From Botryllus schlosseri (lineage: Eukaryota): a stretch of DNA of 64,000 nucleotides. The stretch lies in contig CM119374.1 of the NCBI GenBank assembly GCA_051294905.1, positions 17,856,001 to 17,920,000 of the forward strand. Direction: 5' to 3'. A model generated the notes under the pieces. That model saw only the letters and a program-made list of their open reading frames with translations, was not told the origin of the DNA and did no database searches. Below are positions 1 to 16,200 of the stretch, piece by piece. The first letter of the stretch is position 1; each line of letters opens with the position of its first letter. Made by a program: the position numbers and the translations under genes.

Positions 1-512
1 ATGCATGATGTAAAGGGAAGAACGAAATTGAAATCGGAAGTGATATTTCGACTCAAGTTATAGGCAAGAAAGCACTCAATTGGCTGACATTAAGATTTTA
101 TTTGCTAGTGATACCGCCCGATTTGAAGAAGATCATTGCTACGGTAACCACAAAATTCAGACATTTGTCATTTCGTACTAACGTTTCGGACATTCATTTT
201 GTAACGCGATCGCCGTTACGGCCCCGCGCATACTGCGAATCCGGCGTTAGGATTTCGAGTAAGGTTACGATCAGCAAGGTGTCTTCGAGTTTAAGTAGTC
301 CGCATACGTGACGTGGACTGAATTCACCTCGTAGATTTGAATGCAACATACAATAATATATTTACTGTGCAGTGTGCACTCAATCGTACCTACCCCGGAG
401 ATCCTGTACGATCGAATACCTTCCCAATCGTGTCCTGAACTCCGTTGAGTACAACAGAAAGAGAGAGATCGTCTCTAAGACGTGATACTATAATCATTAT
501 AACAGCAGTAGG

Positions 513-940
513 TAGGGTTGCATTTGAAACAGAAATCAATTAAAAACAAACATGTTTATAACAAGGCCTTAATCTAAAACAAGTTTTTCATTGTTTTTTT
601 TTTAAGCCATGACGTCAGGAATGTTCAATTGTGACGTAATAATGGATTGACATTGACAATTGAAAATATAAGGTGAATATAGCTCCTTTGACGCAATATC
701 TGTACTATAACTGTTGAACCGACTATGAGTGTTTCAACCATCCCATATCGATGTACGTCGGCTAAATCGGGGGGTAATTGTCCGTATAGGCTCATACAAC
801 ATGTTTCTTGGAAAGTACTTACACAATTATGGCATAATTTTACAACTTAAAAAAAATTGAAGGCTTTTGTTTAGAACACTGTTCAAAACATGTTTTAAAC
901 AAAGTGTTTTAAAACGCCGTTTGTTTTAAATGCAACCCTA
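513..940. mobile_element. hAT-type MITE, family A copy 1
   Basis: TIR TAGGGTTGCATTT...AAATGCAACCCTA; 8-bp flanks GCAGTAGG/GCAGTATG (7/8); closely similar to 5487-5874. Confidence 0.88.
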
Positions 941-1215
941 GCAGTATGGTATATAAGCACAAATCAGCTCTTCTCACTGTCCAGCATACTCGGGAACGAA
1001 AGTGTTATCACGGGAAGCGGTGGAATGGCAAACAATATAGGCATGCATTCGCCTGAGGCGTGAAAGGAGTTATGAAGATAACATCCACAATCGATTAATA
1101 GGAGTAAAAGTTTCTACACGGTGCAAATCTACAAAGAACGCAGTTTCGCGTTTCTGTACGCATCTTTTTCAAGTTCGCTCGTGTAGGTTTCATAGCTCGA
1201 GACATTCATTCAACA

Positions 1216-4200
1216 ATGAAGATTCAGCAATATGACGCGAGCTTATCAAGCGCAGATTACGCGACGTTCGGAGGTAAGGTTAGCAAATTTTGCTCGATAA
1301 CGGATGATGCTGCGACGAAACAAGAATGATGTATCGCTGTGTCTAACATTTTATAAGTAGGCCTAGGCCCTATAATATTATGAACTACATTAGAGCTTGC
1401 TAGAAATCGTGTCGATCGAATGAGCACATACCATTTTCAAGGCAAGCCTGCATTATGATGATATCAGCAATATTACTTATGGACAATTAAATTTTACCAA
1501 GGAAACTGCAACGTACAAAAGTCAGCGAACTTCAAATTTTCGTTACTTTTGTAGGCCTATAAGCTACTATTTGAGTCCAGTTATCGGACATCAATTGAAG
1601 GATAAAAAATTATCGATTTTTGCGTACATTTAGGCTTAAACCCTACATCAATACGTCCTTTGAAATAAGCAGTTCTGTCGAGTTCATTTATAGTGTATGC
1701 CCTGGGGTCAAATATATAGCTTCGTGACATTTTCACTCAGTGTGTAGTTAACCGTCTAGCAAGTGAAGTTGTATTTATATTCATATTTGGGATCCTAAAA
1801 TAAGGAAGGTTTCCATTTAGATAACCAGCCGTTCATTTGATCCAATTATATCACAGCCAACTTTTGATCTAGTTTGGCTTTGTACGCATATGCAGATTGC
1901 AATTTACCTGGGCAATGCGGAGCCCAGAAAAATCTGTAACTAATCGAATTCAGGTTTACAATATTTGGTAAACTAGTATTTGAACATGAAAATTTTCATC
2001 ATTTAGTATTTTCACACGTGAATTCATCGTGAATGAATTTGAATCAGTGCTGGATAATAAAGTTTGATTTGAAACATGGTCAATACGCTGCACTCTGATG
2101 GACTATCACACATACACAATAATACATACTTATAAACATACTATCTAAATGTTATAACGTACGTTGCCGTGTATTACCCAGGTGATTCCTTTTTCAAGCG
2201 CGTTTTTGCGTCATCAGAGATTAGATAAAGAAAGATATTTCTCGATTTGTCTCGCCGGGGATATGCTTCCTGTATGGATATCGGGAGACTACGACGGGAC
2301 ATTGACGAAACGCTTGCTTTCGTATGATGACTCGCAATATGTATATTGTATATCTGTAGAGTAGGCGTTGTTTGCAGGGATGGCATATAGTCTCAGGTAA
2401 CGCGTCAGATATCGAGTACTGTTGGATTGCATAGTCACGATAATCGCAATTTCCAGAATTATATGAAAACTAAACACATGAGACATCAAATTGACATGTT
2501 TATCTACTTCAAGGGTTCTTAAAAGGTCTAAATAGCCTAAGGTCTATATATGGGTGGCGACCGCACCAGAGCGATCGTTTGTTATTTATGTGATATTTAC
2601 TGAATACCTCATAGCAACATTATTTCTTCGCGCTTTGCGCGATCTGCTGTGGGTAATCTAAAAATGTCCAGGTGCTGTGTTGGGTACTTAAGACAATATG
2701 CGAGACGCGCAGATAGGTGGTTTTGTATGAACATGACGCCATTAGGATATACAATTACATGCCCTAAATTTCCGAAGACACCCCCTACATCACCTCCACC
2801 GATAGATTTGATCGCATCGGCTGAGAGAGGGCTAAAAATGACGGTAATTTATGCAAGAACATATATTATTGCCAAAATTCATTCATGGAGTTTAAAAAAA
2901 TTCGCGTTCCACGCGTCTAGAGGATTTATTATGTCCATTGATATTTAATAACGGTAATACTTGCGGACCACTGATATGCGCGTATAGAGTCCCGTACCAA
3001 TGAATCGTGCATAAATAATGCTGTGGATAAATGCTATGTGACATCTACGGATGCACCTCGCTGAAGCAATTAGTTTTTTGAAATGAATCATGTTTCATAG
3101 AATCGCGTTGCGTACAATTGATTGTCTATTTGACTGTTATTGCATACGTGCCCGTGCAAATGTAGCATTCTAACATCATATTCTAACATTCTAACATGCA
3201 TACATTTCAATGTATGAGGCTTGGGTCGCGAGATGTCAATAAAACTCAGATTTGGCTCGCTCTCAGTTAGAGTTAAAGTTAAGAACCACTGCTACTTAAT
3301 GGTAGTGTGGTAGTTCCTCGTCGAATTCGTACTTTTATTATAATGTCACATCTGTATATTTCCTTCATCCAGTGTTACTAACGATCCCTATGCTCATGGG
3401 CGTCTACTTCGCGTTCAAAGACAGAAAAGATGTCACTGCGAAACAATACTTCTTCGGCGGAAAGGAGATGAATCCGGTAAATATTTTGACTAGCGCGTTT
3501 ATCTTATCATTACGAAGGTTTTTTTCGACGTCACTATTACCGCCACCTTGATCTACACTCCCCGGCGATGCTAACCCATCTGTTTATAAGTTTAGAAAAA
3601 GCTTAAATTGATAGTAAGCTATATTTTTGCAGTTAGGGATTCTCGGGATAGTTCGTTTTTTTAATTTGATATTAGAAACGTTAACGTATACTTCTGCATG
3701 GGATGAGAGAGGGAGGGTTCAGAAACCGAATAATCTCATTTATACGTAGGTGAACTAAATGATTAGACTGTAAGCGATAATATATAGACCTGGTGCCCTT
3801 ACCGCAGTCGAATACCACCTGAGGCGGTCAAGAGTATACGTAGTTGGTACTCAAGTAGAAGTAGAAGTAACATCGTGAATTTATATTCACGTACAAGTAG
3901 AAATGGTGATTTCCAGGTGAGAAAAAGACTTTGCATTCAAGACCTATTTTTGCATAAAATACTGAGAACTGTTGCTATAGAACGCCACAACACACACAGA
4001 TCAGTACATTGCAGGACATCAGATCGACTTCAGTTTCATTGCACGTTAGTTATCATGGTTTCTTACTAGAGACGATTTTGCGGCCATCCGCATGTATGTA
4101 CCAGTGTGTTAGCCGTCAGCTCGACACCGCATATGGATCTTGATTCATCCTTTGAATGACAAATACAATATCCATGACCAGCCAGCGAACAATCGACAGT

Positions 4201-7200
4201 TTTACACGACATGCAATCTTACACAATTGCTTCCAATGTTATCATTCCGTTTTCAGATTGCGGTAGGCATATCAACTGCAGTCACCAGCATTTCTGCGAT
4301 AACCATGATCGGGTATCCCGTTGAAGTATACCTGGTCGGTACAGCCTTCTATTGGGCGATGGGAGGTATACTTGCCGCCGTGGTGGTGTCATACATCTAT
4401 TACGTACCATTCTTCAACAACTTACAGCTGGACACAGTGTACACGGTAGGACTTTTACTGATTGCTAGGCATAGGAGTTGATTATGCGACCATTTTCTTT
4501 GACATCCAGAGGGGATAGAAAGGAAACATGGTTACATCATGCGACTTCGGGATCGCGAGAGAAAATGCCGGTGGGCTGCCGGTAGTGGTATACCACTTTC
4601 ACTGACGCAGTCAAACCTGCACTGTAATTGAGGCGCTTGTTGTGCTTTGAAACTATACGAACAGGCTTTGAAACCATGTCGCTTTTTTCAGTACCTCGGA
4701 CTGCGATATAGCGTTTTCACCCGAAGGATGGTAGCCGGGATGGTCGTGATTAATGAGGTTGGCATACATGCTAATTTCCTCTATACACGTGACGTTACAT
4801 CCCTTATGTTTCCATTGCAGATTTTCTACATGGGATCAATCATTTATATTCCATCATTGGCAATAAACGCTGTTACGCCTCTGCCGATAACAACTAGCAT
4901 CGCTCTCATCGGAGTAATATGCACGTTCTACACGACATTGGTAATGTCTTCTTACGACAAGGACGACGCAATATAACTAGAATGAATGAGTTATGAATTC
5001 AGATGTGATTAAAGTCTATCATCATCAGAGGTGGTGAAAGTATAGTCAGCGTTGCAATTCCAGTAGAAGCAAGAGTAACACGCCATAAATTTCTACTCAA
5101 TTGAAAGTAGAAGAGCGATTTGCAAATCATATCAAAACTACTCCACGTGGAAGTAGAAAGTGAAGGGACTTGAAACTACTGTAAGCACTTTAGTTTCAAC
5201 GAGTAGATTTGTTTTATGGGCTGCCTAAAGGGGGTGGGGTAAAGGGTTTGAGGTGAATGTAATGACCATCCTGTTGTGTTTCCAGCTCTAGGCTATAGGA
5301 GACTGCAAGCTCACTGCACCCGTATATGAGATGTGCTAAGTCTCGTAGTATTATTGTAGGTTTAAGTGATGTTTATCAAATCGTTGGTATTTTGGTCACA
5401 TGCTATAATTGGAAATAATTAAGCTACTAGAAAATCTTGTTACTAGATATTACGAATTCCACAACTGGGCGGGCGATAGTGCAAGTTAGGGTTGCATTTA
5501 AAACAAAAATCAATTTAAAACAAACATGTTTAAAAGAAGACCCTAATTTAAAACATGTTTTTTATTGTTTTTTTTTAGCCATGACGTCAGGATTATTCAA
5601 TTGTGACGTCATAGTGGATTGACATTGACAATTGAAAATATAGGGTGAATATAGCTCCTTTGACGAAATATCCGTACTGTTAATGTTGAACCGACTATTT
5701 TGAGGGTTCCAACCATCCCATATCGATATACGTTGGCTATATCGGGTGGTAATTGTCCGTAGGCTCATACAACATGTTTTTTGGAAAGTCTATACAAAAT
5801 TACGGCATAATTTGACAACTTAAAAAACAAAATTTTCTTTTTCAAAAACATCGTTTGTTCTAAATACAACCCTAGTGCGAGTGATAATATTAGGTTAGTG
5901 TATAATGAACTCCTTAAGTATGACAGAACTCAATTAAGAAGGTACCATAGAAGTTGAACTCCCGAATTGGGTGAAATTCAAGTCTCTTCAAGTTTTCAAA
6001 GTGTCAAAGTGAATTCCGAAAATGTTTTCCCAGTTTCCGACGTGCTGATCCGACTGAAGTCATTTCGTGTTTTATAGCCCTCTAGTTTACTGGACCTAAC
6101 ATATCGATATCGCCTTCCGACACATGCCACCTTTTTTGTCACCTGGCCTTTTATATTATCTTCTTCTACTTTTCATTCAGAGAGCATGTGCATGCCTCCT
6201 ATTTTACATCGCCTCGGTTCAGGTGGAGTTTTATTCCGAAGAATTCTCCAGGCCGTTTCGACACCTTCCTGTCTTTCATTGTATCGCAGTCTTGTGGTGT
6301 ATTGAAATGATGAAATTTTTAGCAATAGATTGAATTGAATTGAACCTACATGCCAAGTTTAGCCCGGGATATAGGAGTGGTAGAACTTGAGATTGAGAAC
6401 AATTTTGAAGCAATAAACTATTAACGGATTTAACATCGTAATTTCATATGTTGGCCCGTCTGACCATACCGCCTGTTGTCTCACATAGGGCGGTATGAAT
6501 GCTGTGGTGTGGACAGATGTCGTTCAATCTCTGCTCATGATAGCAGCGTCGCTCACTGTGTTCGTAATTGGGTCCAATTCGGTCGGGGGATTGGAAAGTC
6601 TCTCTGCGGCTGTAAAACGAGGAGAGCGTGACACCTTTTTCAAGTAAGGCGATTTACAGAGAGTCCTATGCATTATACTGGCTTGCAGCAAGACAATAAC
6701 TACTCCTACTTCTGTATAGATTCGGAGACTTCGATGTTTCATCGCGAAAACACCCCGTTGCGTTGGTGATAGGAGAGTTCTTCGTGTTCACGCAATACTT
6801 GGGCTTTACACAGGCGATCTACCAACGCCTTCTATCCTGCAGGAATGTCAGACAATCAAAAAAGTAAGTGTGTACGAACATCACGTCGAGTACCGTACCA
6901 AGCACCCCGAGACAACTTTCAAATTTTCATCAACACTTGAACCACTTGAACTTGAAAAAATAAACATGGATTCTAACATGGTAATGACATGAGTCGCTCC
7001 ATCTCATATCGACTCCACGAGAACGTCGACACGGATTCTGAATTTCATGTTCAGGCATGATAAGGCTTCTACATGTCTTGGAATCTGACAGTCACCCTAA
7101 ATGTCACAGTATTCCCGAATCAGACACTTATATATATATATATATATACATATATTTATATAGCAGATAGTTATATTTATAGAGCTTCCGATCAGACATG

Positions 7201-10200
7201 GGGTAATCGCGATTAGTAATCGTAATCGATAACGACGATTACAGCATTTTCAAGTAATCATTATCACAATCGATTACATTCGAAAAAATTCCGAAGTAAT
7301 CGTAATCGACTACTTCTCATATCTAATCGATTTCTCTGTGAAAGAACGATTACTTTTTATTTGTACAAGGACTATGACGTAAACTGAACATTCGTAAACA
7401 AGGAAGAGATATTATACCAGGATCGTGATACCACAAACGTCTGATTTTCAAACGCCACTGCTCATTGTTACGTCAGAAGCAGCGTATTAGCTTTGCGCGT
7501 CATTGCGTAAGAAGTATCCACAGTAAATAGATATTCGATGTACGACGTACATTGTATACGTACGTCGTACATTAGTGTGATTGTAAGAACACCCGCCGTG
7601 CTTTACATTAGGTAATCAAGACCTTCCACACGCCACTACCTTGCAGCAGTATAATTTGTCTCTGCTCTGCCTAGTTTAAAATAGTAACTTATGTATTGAT
7701 GTTTGGTTATGCTTAGTTAAACGCAGTCTGACCGTTGCTGTTTGGCGCGCAGTAGGCCTATCTAGTACGTACGTACACCGGACAAAGATTTGATATTTTG
7801 TACTCGTCAAATAAAACATTGTGCGGTTTCCACAACGAAGCAGTAAAAATCAACAGCTGGCGATATATATGAATATATCATAACCGAGCCGTTTTTGCCG
7901 TTTCTCGTAACTGCAGCTTGCAGTATATCTGTATCTCGGTATATCTGTATTAAGCATATTTTCATGTTCGCTTCGCCTTATTCTCATATGACTCTACTTG
8001 AAACGGGCGCCGATCGGTATTTCACAATTCTTTACTCAACATTGGGACCTGCCGCCATGGCCATGGGCTTATATATCATGTTAACGTGGGATGTAGCTGG
8101 AATCAGGACCAAAACAGCAATTCGTCCCCCAGTCCAAACGTTGGTTTTGGCCCGCATAGGGTGGTAATCTCAAGTTGAAGACTGAAATTCGTCAATCATA
8201 TTATTAATTGTATTATATTACTATTAATTTTTAATCCTCTCTCAGCCCCCGATGGTCAGATTTACCTGTAGAGTTTGTTTGATTGAGGTAATCATGGTGT
8301 TTGTCGACTACGACGGTCATTTACACCAGGCCGATTTTCTACATTTTTGATTCCGTATCTGCCGACTTGTAGCAAGTCCCACTTCTAGGCTTTTTGTAAG
8401 ACACCACTTGCGCGGATGAGGCGGCGAGGAAGAGCCTAGATAAACCTCCAACACTTAGGTAGGAATTCTGAAGTCGACCTCGGTTGGAGTCGGACCCGCA
8501 ACCCATTGGTGTTGCAGCCGTGGATTATACCACTGCGCTATCTCGCCACACAATTACCTACTTGAAGACCTGGGGGAACGTAATTCATAATTCATATTAT
8601 CTTGTTACAATTACTTTAGTGTATGTTGGTAATTCGTGACCTCCGATTTGTTGCATAATCAAAAGATATTGCGGTGGCTCAAACGTAGCAGACTAAAAGA
8701 AAAACTTTCGTGAGACGCAAAAACAAATCGTCATGTCTTATATCTGATTGCATGTCTAGCAACTCAAGTTGTAAATTACTAGGATCAGTGGCCACATTAA
8801 GTACAATAGGACGTGAAAACAATTTCATCGTGGACAAAAAAGCATTCATTCCGTCAATGCGGGCGTTGAACTTAACAATCAAGCCAAATGATCCATTGGT
8901 CTGATGGTCAGATAGCGTTGTAGAACGTGTTGTAACACCACCTGCACTTAATTAAGTCTGGTGATGAGCAGACTTAAATTTGAGTGCCTATGCAAACGCA
9001 TTTGAGTGTGAGCATACTCTTTGACGTGAGTTGAGTAACGAAATCGTTGCTGAGTAGAGAATCGCTACTTGACAGCAAAGGAATTGGTCTCCACCCTTAA
9101 TTATAAACTCCAGATTCCAAGCCAAGCAAGTGTAATTTTTGAATATCGATATATTCGTTTATGTTATAGATTGATTTTTTATTATATTTGTTGGATTTTC
9201 CGACATCAATGGGAGCAGCAAATAGGCTATCTGGGAGCCGCGGTTGGGAATCACTGATCTAGAGAGGATTTTCAAGTTGATTAGATCTCTCGAAAATACT
9301 CTATAACTTATGTTGGTTTACGAAATAATTCTTGAGTCCCCGTCGAGCCCGCTTTCCAGCCTATTGAGAAATTTGGGGTGCGGCAGTTATGGCCTTGGCA
9401 AGAATGCGGATAGTTGGGCGCGATAAATTGACCTCTATAAAAATGGGCAATGGGTACATTATGACATAACAAGCAAATGACGCATCTTTCTTAAAGGGAG
9501 TTTGTTATCTCATTAGGCCTTTTCCGCGCAATCCATATATGGACTTCCAGCATAGCTTCTAAGATGCAAAATAAATGTAATCGTGAATAATCGTGATTAC
9601 TTTTCCAATGTAATCGTAATGGACTACTTCCTGATTTCGCTGTAATCGTAATCGTAATCGTAATCGCGTCATTCAGAAGTAATCGTAATCGCAATCGATT
9701 ACATTCATGAAGTAATCACCCCATGTCTGCTTCCGATATGCGGCACGGCATCAGACGTGATGGATTACACAACGGCTACAGCCTGAATTTGAGTTGCTAG
9801 AATAAAAGCGTATCTAACGACAGATTATATGTACACAGGTTGGGGTGAAAGGTCAATTTGAGTCATATTTAAGACACGGGTTTATGCCAATCATGTTAGG
9901 TAGAGAGATGATTGTTAACAAGTTGGCGTGGACTTGGAAGAATTTGTTTCATGTCTAAGCATGAAAGAGGTGGGACCCGGTTTAGACCAGTAAGGTATAG
10001 GTATAGTAGAAAAAGTAGGTATAGTTTGTCAAAGTAGTCATTGATGATACTCAATGACAAGAACTGATAGCGCCTTTCAAAACATGCCAAAACTACCTGA
10101 AAGAGTAGTAGCAAATGAGAGGTCTAGAAATCACTCAAGTGATGCAGATGTATTCCAAAGCTATACTCTCCACTTTACAAATCTAATATGAAAATGGTGA

Positions 10201-13200
10201 GCAGTTTGACTTCAGAACTGTTGAAGCAGAAGCATAGAAGTAGTCCAAAACAAAATAACCACTGTTCTAAGTACCTACACGTAAATACCTTCCTACGCTG
10301 CTATGCGTACAAGCATAATTTGGATTAAAATGTTGTACTCGATTTATACCGCGGTAGGTCTGAGCTAGGTCTCTTCCTTTGTGTGTCATGGGTGTATTTT
10401 CACACCCGGTATATCAGGGGTGGTATGCGGGTGAAAATCACACTCTTTTCGCTAAGAGTGATAGGCATAACGTGATTGAATACTTCGAAAAAGTGGCTGT
10501 TCAGTTTTACTGGTGACCTCTTGAAGTTGGTTGAAGGAGGTTGATTGCAGCCTGCATTGAGACCGAAAACATGTCCAAATTAGTATACTTCGTTGGTTAA
10601 TTCGGGGACGAAATTGTGTTAACGAAGCATAATATTCAAAATATTTCATTTAGCGCCATACTCGCCTACTTCTTCCCGGCTATGTGCATCATAACGCTGT
10701 CGATTGCGAACGGCCTTCTGCTCTACGCGTACTACGAAGGATGCGACCCAGTGCAATACAAACTAATTCAACGCCGCGATCAAGCGCTGCCTTTACTGGC
10801 TCTAATGGAATTCAGTAAAATTTTGCCGGGACTTGCCGGTGCCTTTGTGGCGGCAGTATTCAGCGGGAGTCTAAGGTAAGGATCGGGCAGGAGAGAGTCT
10901 CATACAAGGTCGTGTCTTGCGGTAAAGTTTAGTTTAGTCAATCCAATAATATTTCCACTATAAAATTTGAAGCCACGCGTATTTTCGTCCGCTATTATAT
11001 CTGTTATGACTTGTAAAAAGTGTCCTCTTTTTCGAATCTCAAAATATTGTACATTATGTGACATAAATTCGTTCAATATACCGATCGAGAAATCGACGAA
11101 AACGTGCTGAATAGTCGGCAATCGGTAATTCTGATCGAAACCGTATAAGCAATGAGCATCAATCACGGTATCATCCTTATAATTGATGATTGACGTACTT
11201 TATAGTTTGATGTAACCTTCGTATCTAACCCTATTTTGTCACGAACTTCGTGTGGCAGCTGACAATACTAAGTCTGGAAACTTGTAATCGTCCGAGAAGA
11301 GGATAACATAAGGCAGTATCGATATATATTCAATGGTATATAATCGGCATGATTACAAGAAATAGCGTCGATAGCCTGGAGTCAATAAAAGTCCACACGT
11401 TACCACTCATTATGACGTTACTATATCATTATTGATTTAGAGAAAATATTGACCGTTCCTGCCGCCATGTGGAGAAGGATCATACATTCGATAATTTTGC
11501 GACCATACTTATTTAAATTTAAATTGTCACGAGGCTTCAAGTTGATCACGACAGACTTTAAGGCGAATTCACACATGCACGGTTCCCAGCCACGATTTTG
11601 CCGTGCGGTTTTCCATCGTACGGTTAACAGGCCGACTTGACGTGGAAATGTTCACACATGCACGATTCGTGCGTGGCAGCTGTCTCCGCGGCTATCGTAC
11701 GGTCGATTTCTTCGCTTTTTTGCTGCTCTACTTAACTCAACAATCTTCAAGACCATCAATGATGTTGATATAAGCGTATTATGTCTGATATAATCTACAA
11801 TATTCAATGTATAATCCGAAAACTTCATATATTCATGCCTTGATATAGCTCGTTCATGTTTATTTACAAGTTTTATGTTCAATTTTCATTGAATTTGCCA
11901 ATAATTGAGGAAACGATATTATGAATATATGCATATATATATTGATATAGATATACACAACGGTCGGTTCTAATTTTCCGGAGCACACTACTTACTCATG
12001 TGGTTTAGGTTTTAGATTACTTCAAATTCTACTTGACAGTTTTCAGATTTACAGGCAAATTGGGGTCTAGAATATAGGCTACTTACTTAAAATTCCCTGC
12101 TTCTGCGTCTACTTGATTATCAACGATGATTACTTTGTCCATCTCTAGACATTTATCGTTAAATGGAGGGACGCATTGGATTTTCCTACCATGCCAGATA
12201 TGGAACATAATGATCGACTCAGACTTTGAAAACTATAGGTCACGTTGGATATCTATGAGTGTGATTCGCATCTTCTAATGATGTGGTGTCGCAGTGTCCA
12301 CTTGGAACAGTTATCGAATTATGTAACGCATCATTATTAATATTATTTTTATTTATACGGTCCGTGTCTCTTTAAAGCACGTTGTCTTCTGGTCTCAATG
12401 GATATGCGATGGTATTTGTGGAAGATTTTTGCCCGATGTTCTTTCCGAGAATGGGTCAGAAAATGAAAGTATTTGTTGGGAAATTGAGCGGTGAGTTTAA
12501 CTGAGTAGAGCCCGATCAAAGTATTTATATGCAAACATGGTGAAATATCGCAGCGTTAGTTCTGGGAACGATCGTGACTGTGATGGCTTTTGGGATCTCC
12601 AAAGCGCAGGGCAACATTTTCATGCTCATGCGACAAGTCTCGGGATCCATCGTTGGAAGCATTCTGGGGATCTATCTCCTTGGAATATTTACTCCGTGGA
12701 CAAATTCTGCGGTATGTATGCCTTTAAATATATCAGAGCTTGGCAATACCAGTAAAGCGTTTCTACCAGAAATATGCGAATTATTTCTCTAGATCTGTCT
12801 ATTGCTTTCTTCCGATCATTTCATTGAATGTATACTGAGCGTGGCGCAAATAACCATCATCGGTTGAAAGCGCCATTTTTTCCCATAATAATAATAATAA
12901 GAGACCAGAAATATAGACACGTATTTAGATTAGGAATATAAGATAGTCCGGGTATTTTGACCAGATTAGGGTTGAAGCAATGTTCCCTCTAAGCTGCGCA
13001 CGTGCGCAAATGCGCAGTGCTGACACGGTCTCTGCGCACAGAAAATCTGAGTTGCGCACGAAAAATCCGAAGTGATGACCTATTTTTTGTCGTTATACGC
13101 ACTATTTTCCAAGGGTCTGCGCAGTGAGTTGGTGAGTGTGCGCAGACTCGTCCAAAATTAGAGGGAACATTGGGTTGAAGTATGGAATTTGATATGGTTC

Positions 13201-16200
13201 AAACTAGGGGTGGTGTGAACATCTAAAACAGGCCTGGGCAAAGTGCGGCCCGCGGGCCAAATGCAGCCCGCGAAGCTATTCTGTGCGACCCGCGAAAGGT
13301 TGCTTGAAATTGAAAATATAAAACCTACTTTTTAATGTTGCTGCGTGGATTAAAACCATAGGATGTATAAACTGAACCAGAAATTTACTATCAAGCCTGT
13401 TCATTAACATGTCGCAATTACGCAGACTACAGATTACGCATTACACGGTCTGTGTTTCAAATTATTAGGTGATGCATTTCCAAATCCCTAATTCGTAAAA
13501 CAAGTCAAGCAGTGCCCGTGATTTCTATGAGTATATCACCACCCATAAAGGATGTTAAAAATGAAATCCGAAAGTTTAAATTCAAGGATGGTTCGGAGGA
13601 CTAAATATTTGTTTACTACCCGTCTTTTTAGGAGTTAGTGCCGAGAAAGTCGCCGTGTTTAAGGAGTATAATTGAAGTCGGTTCTATGACAAAAATACGA
13701 AGACATACCCTCGGTCAAGACACGGCGAATTTCGGAATAACTGTAAGCTTGGCTCAATAACAAGGCATTTCCGGCAAGCTGTACACTTCTCGGAAACCGG
13801 CTATCCAGACAATAAGCTTCATAATATCCCCAGGACCGTATCTGCCGCACCCTAAACCCCCCAATTGGGAGGCGAGCTCGAAGGGCACCCAAAATTATTT
13901 CGTGAACGAACATAAATTATAGAATGTTTATTTTTTGAAAATTTCTGCAACTTCTTTCAAATAGGCGCGATTTAGAGATCAATGGTTTATATAATTGGCC
14001 ATTTCGGCGTCAGCCATTACCGCGCCACGACTCACCAAAATATATGAAGTTTAGGGCAACACGGGATAACGAGAATGCACTGCAATTGCAACTGCTGATC
14101 AAATTAACCAAGTAAATGCGAAAAAGCTCGACCTCGAGAAAACCTTGGCCGAAAAGGACTGCCCTTATGCTGATCGGAAACCACTATGTTCAATTGTCCA
14201 TAGGCAATATTTGCCCGTGAAGAAATACCAATTGGGAATTGTGTGCGTCTTTTAGTTTAGTGCGCTTTGGCGATTTCAATATCTTTTTACATAGCAGACG
14301 TGAGGTCACGAAATAACAACATGCAACGAAGATTTATGCCCCCACCCCCGAATATTTCCGGAAAGCTGAATATTTCGGGCAAACTGTTGTAACAAAGCAA
14401 GTAAAATATTTGAAATTATCAAGGTGCATGCTCGTTTGGTGTTGATTTTTTTATGCTGCCAGCGCCATGTATAGAGTGGCCCGCAGTTGAAATGCAATAA
14501 ATTTCAACCAATGATGTTATAATGAAGCGAAAATTGTAATATATGAATAAGGTTCACAGTGCAGAGTGCAGAACCTACCAAGGTTCGTTTGTGAACGTGA
14601 ACCTGAAAAATTCCGAGGTTCACACACAGAACGTGAACGTGAACGTGAACCTCACGTTCACACCATCCCTAGTTCTAACATATAATGCAAGTTTTTAGTG
14701 GTTATGATTTTAGGCACGCTGCCATATGCGAATGTGGATTTATTATGAAGAATCACCGATCTCTATGTTCTATTGTAGAAAATGCATTTTTCATCATTTT
14801 TTGCGGATGATCACACGATTAGGCTACTAACCCCCTATGGGCCTACGGTGATCATAATTTTTTGAACTATAAATCCAGGGTTAAATTATGTAGTCTGTAA
14901 CCACATAATTTGGGAAGCAAGTGACTCTAAAACACGAACATCCCCTTCGACCAGCCTTCATCGTGGTCTGTTTACCGGTTGGAGTAGGCTACATTTATAA
15001 ACTATTTTGATTTGTGGTAAGCACTGAACATAACACAAAATACTGACATTAGTCAAACTTAAGGATAGGACAACATTGACGGTTCAGGACCCGCTGACCC
15101 CAAGTTAAAATCCATGCGAGACCTAAGCGGAATTCGATTTATGTTCAAATAAAGATTCATCTATCAAATCACAGGGAGCAATCACAGGAGCGGTGACGGG
15201 GTACATGTTCATGATTTGGATATTCTACGGCTCAAACTTTTTACCGCACCGGCCTCCGCGCGTACCATTGCTGCCAACATCAGTGGCGTTATGTCCTGCG
15301 AGAAATTACACGGTTGGCAACACAACGATCTTGCCAGAAGTGATTACGACTACGAACGCAACCTTCACCATCGAACAAATCGATGACGGGTAAAGACATA
15401 GTTGTACAATGTACATTCATACAATGCTGAGGAGGACTAACTCAGTCTGCAATAATTCCAGGTACTCGTTCGCCGAGACGATGTACAGCATCAACTTCCA
15501 TTATTATGTACTGATTGGTTGCTCAGTGACAATGATAGTCGGATTGGTAGTGTCATTCCTAACAGGTTAGAAGCGATTTCGGAACCTTCCCTAAAATATT
15601 TGCATTTCGTTCCGTCTATCTATGCAATGAGTTATCCTACTCGGATAACTCATATGATAAATATAGGCATGATCCGTTATCAATGGCGATGCGAAAGAAA
15701 CAATGATAATTATATCCAGAACGGACATATATATTAGGTTATGCAGATTGCGTTAGTAAGATCCATTTCTGTGACTGAGAGATGTCACCGGTGATTGACT
15801 GAGATAAATGTGCGACACATCCCCACACATCATCCCAATTAATCTACCACTACAAACTCAGCAATTTGCATCTACTTCGCAAGGCATTATACTTAACACC
15901 TCAACTGCACTGAAAAGTGACCATATCCTGAAAAGTAATCCTTCATATGTACTGCATTAGATTATTTCCAGCTACTTTTTCGATTTGTCTGATTCGAACA
16001 GCAGTTAAGCTAGCCATGGGCAAAATGCACAATTATGTAAGCTGCGTGCACTTAGTCAGGACCGGAACAGCGCCTCCTTAGTCCTTATATAGTGGCCACC
16101 GTCTTGGGCTCCCATATTAGATGTTTAACCAAACTGGTGGATAATCTGTCACACTTACTAGACCAAACTCAAATTTATACAGCGGGCTCAGACTGCTGGG

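Noticed and set aside
102-311. 69-aa ORF at the window start
   Set aside because: No recognisable motif or supporting exon chain on either strand.
8490-8549. tRNA genes at the SINE heads (also about 37820-37876 and 38930-38993)
   Set aside because: A and B boxes are followed by SINE bodies and, in one case, a TSD; no clean cloverleaf.
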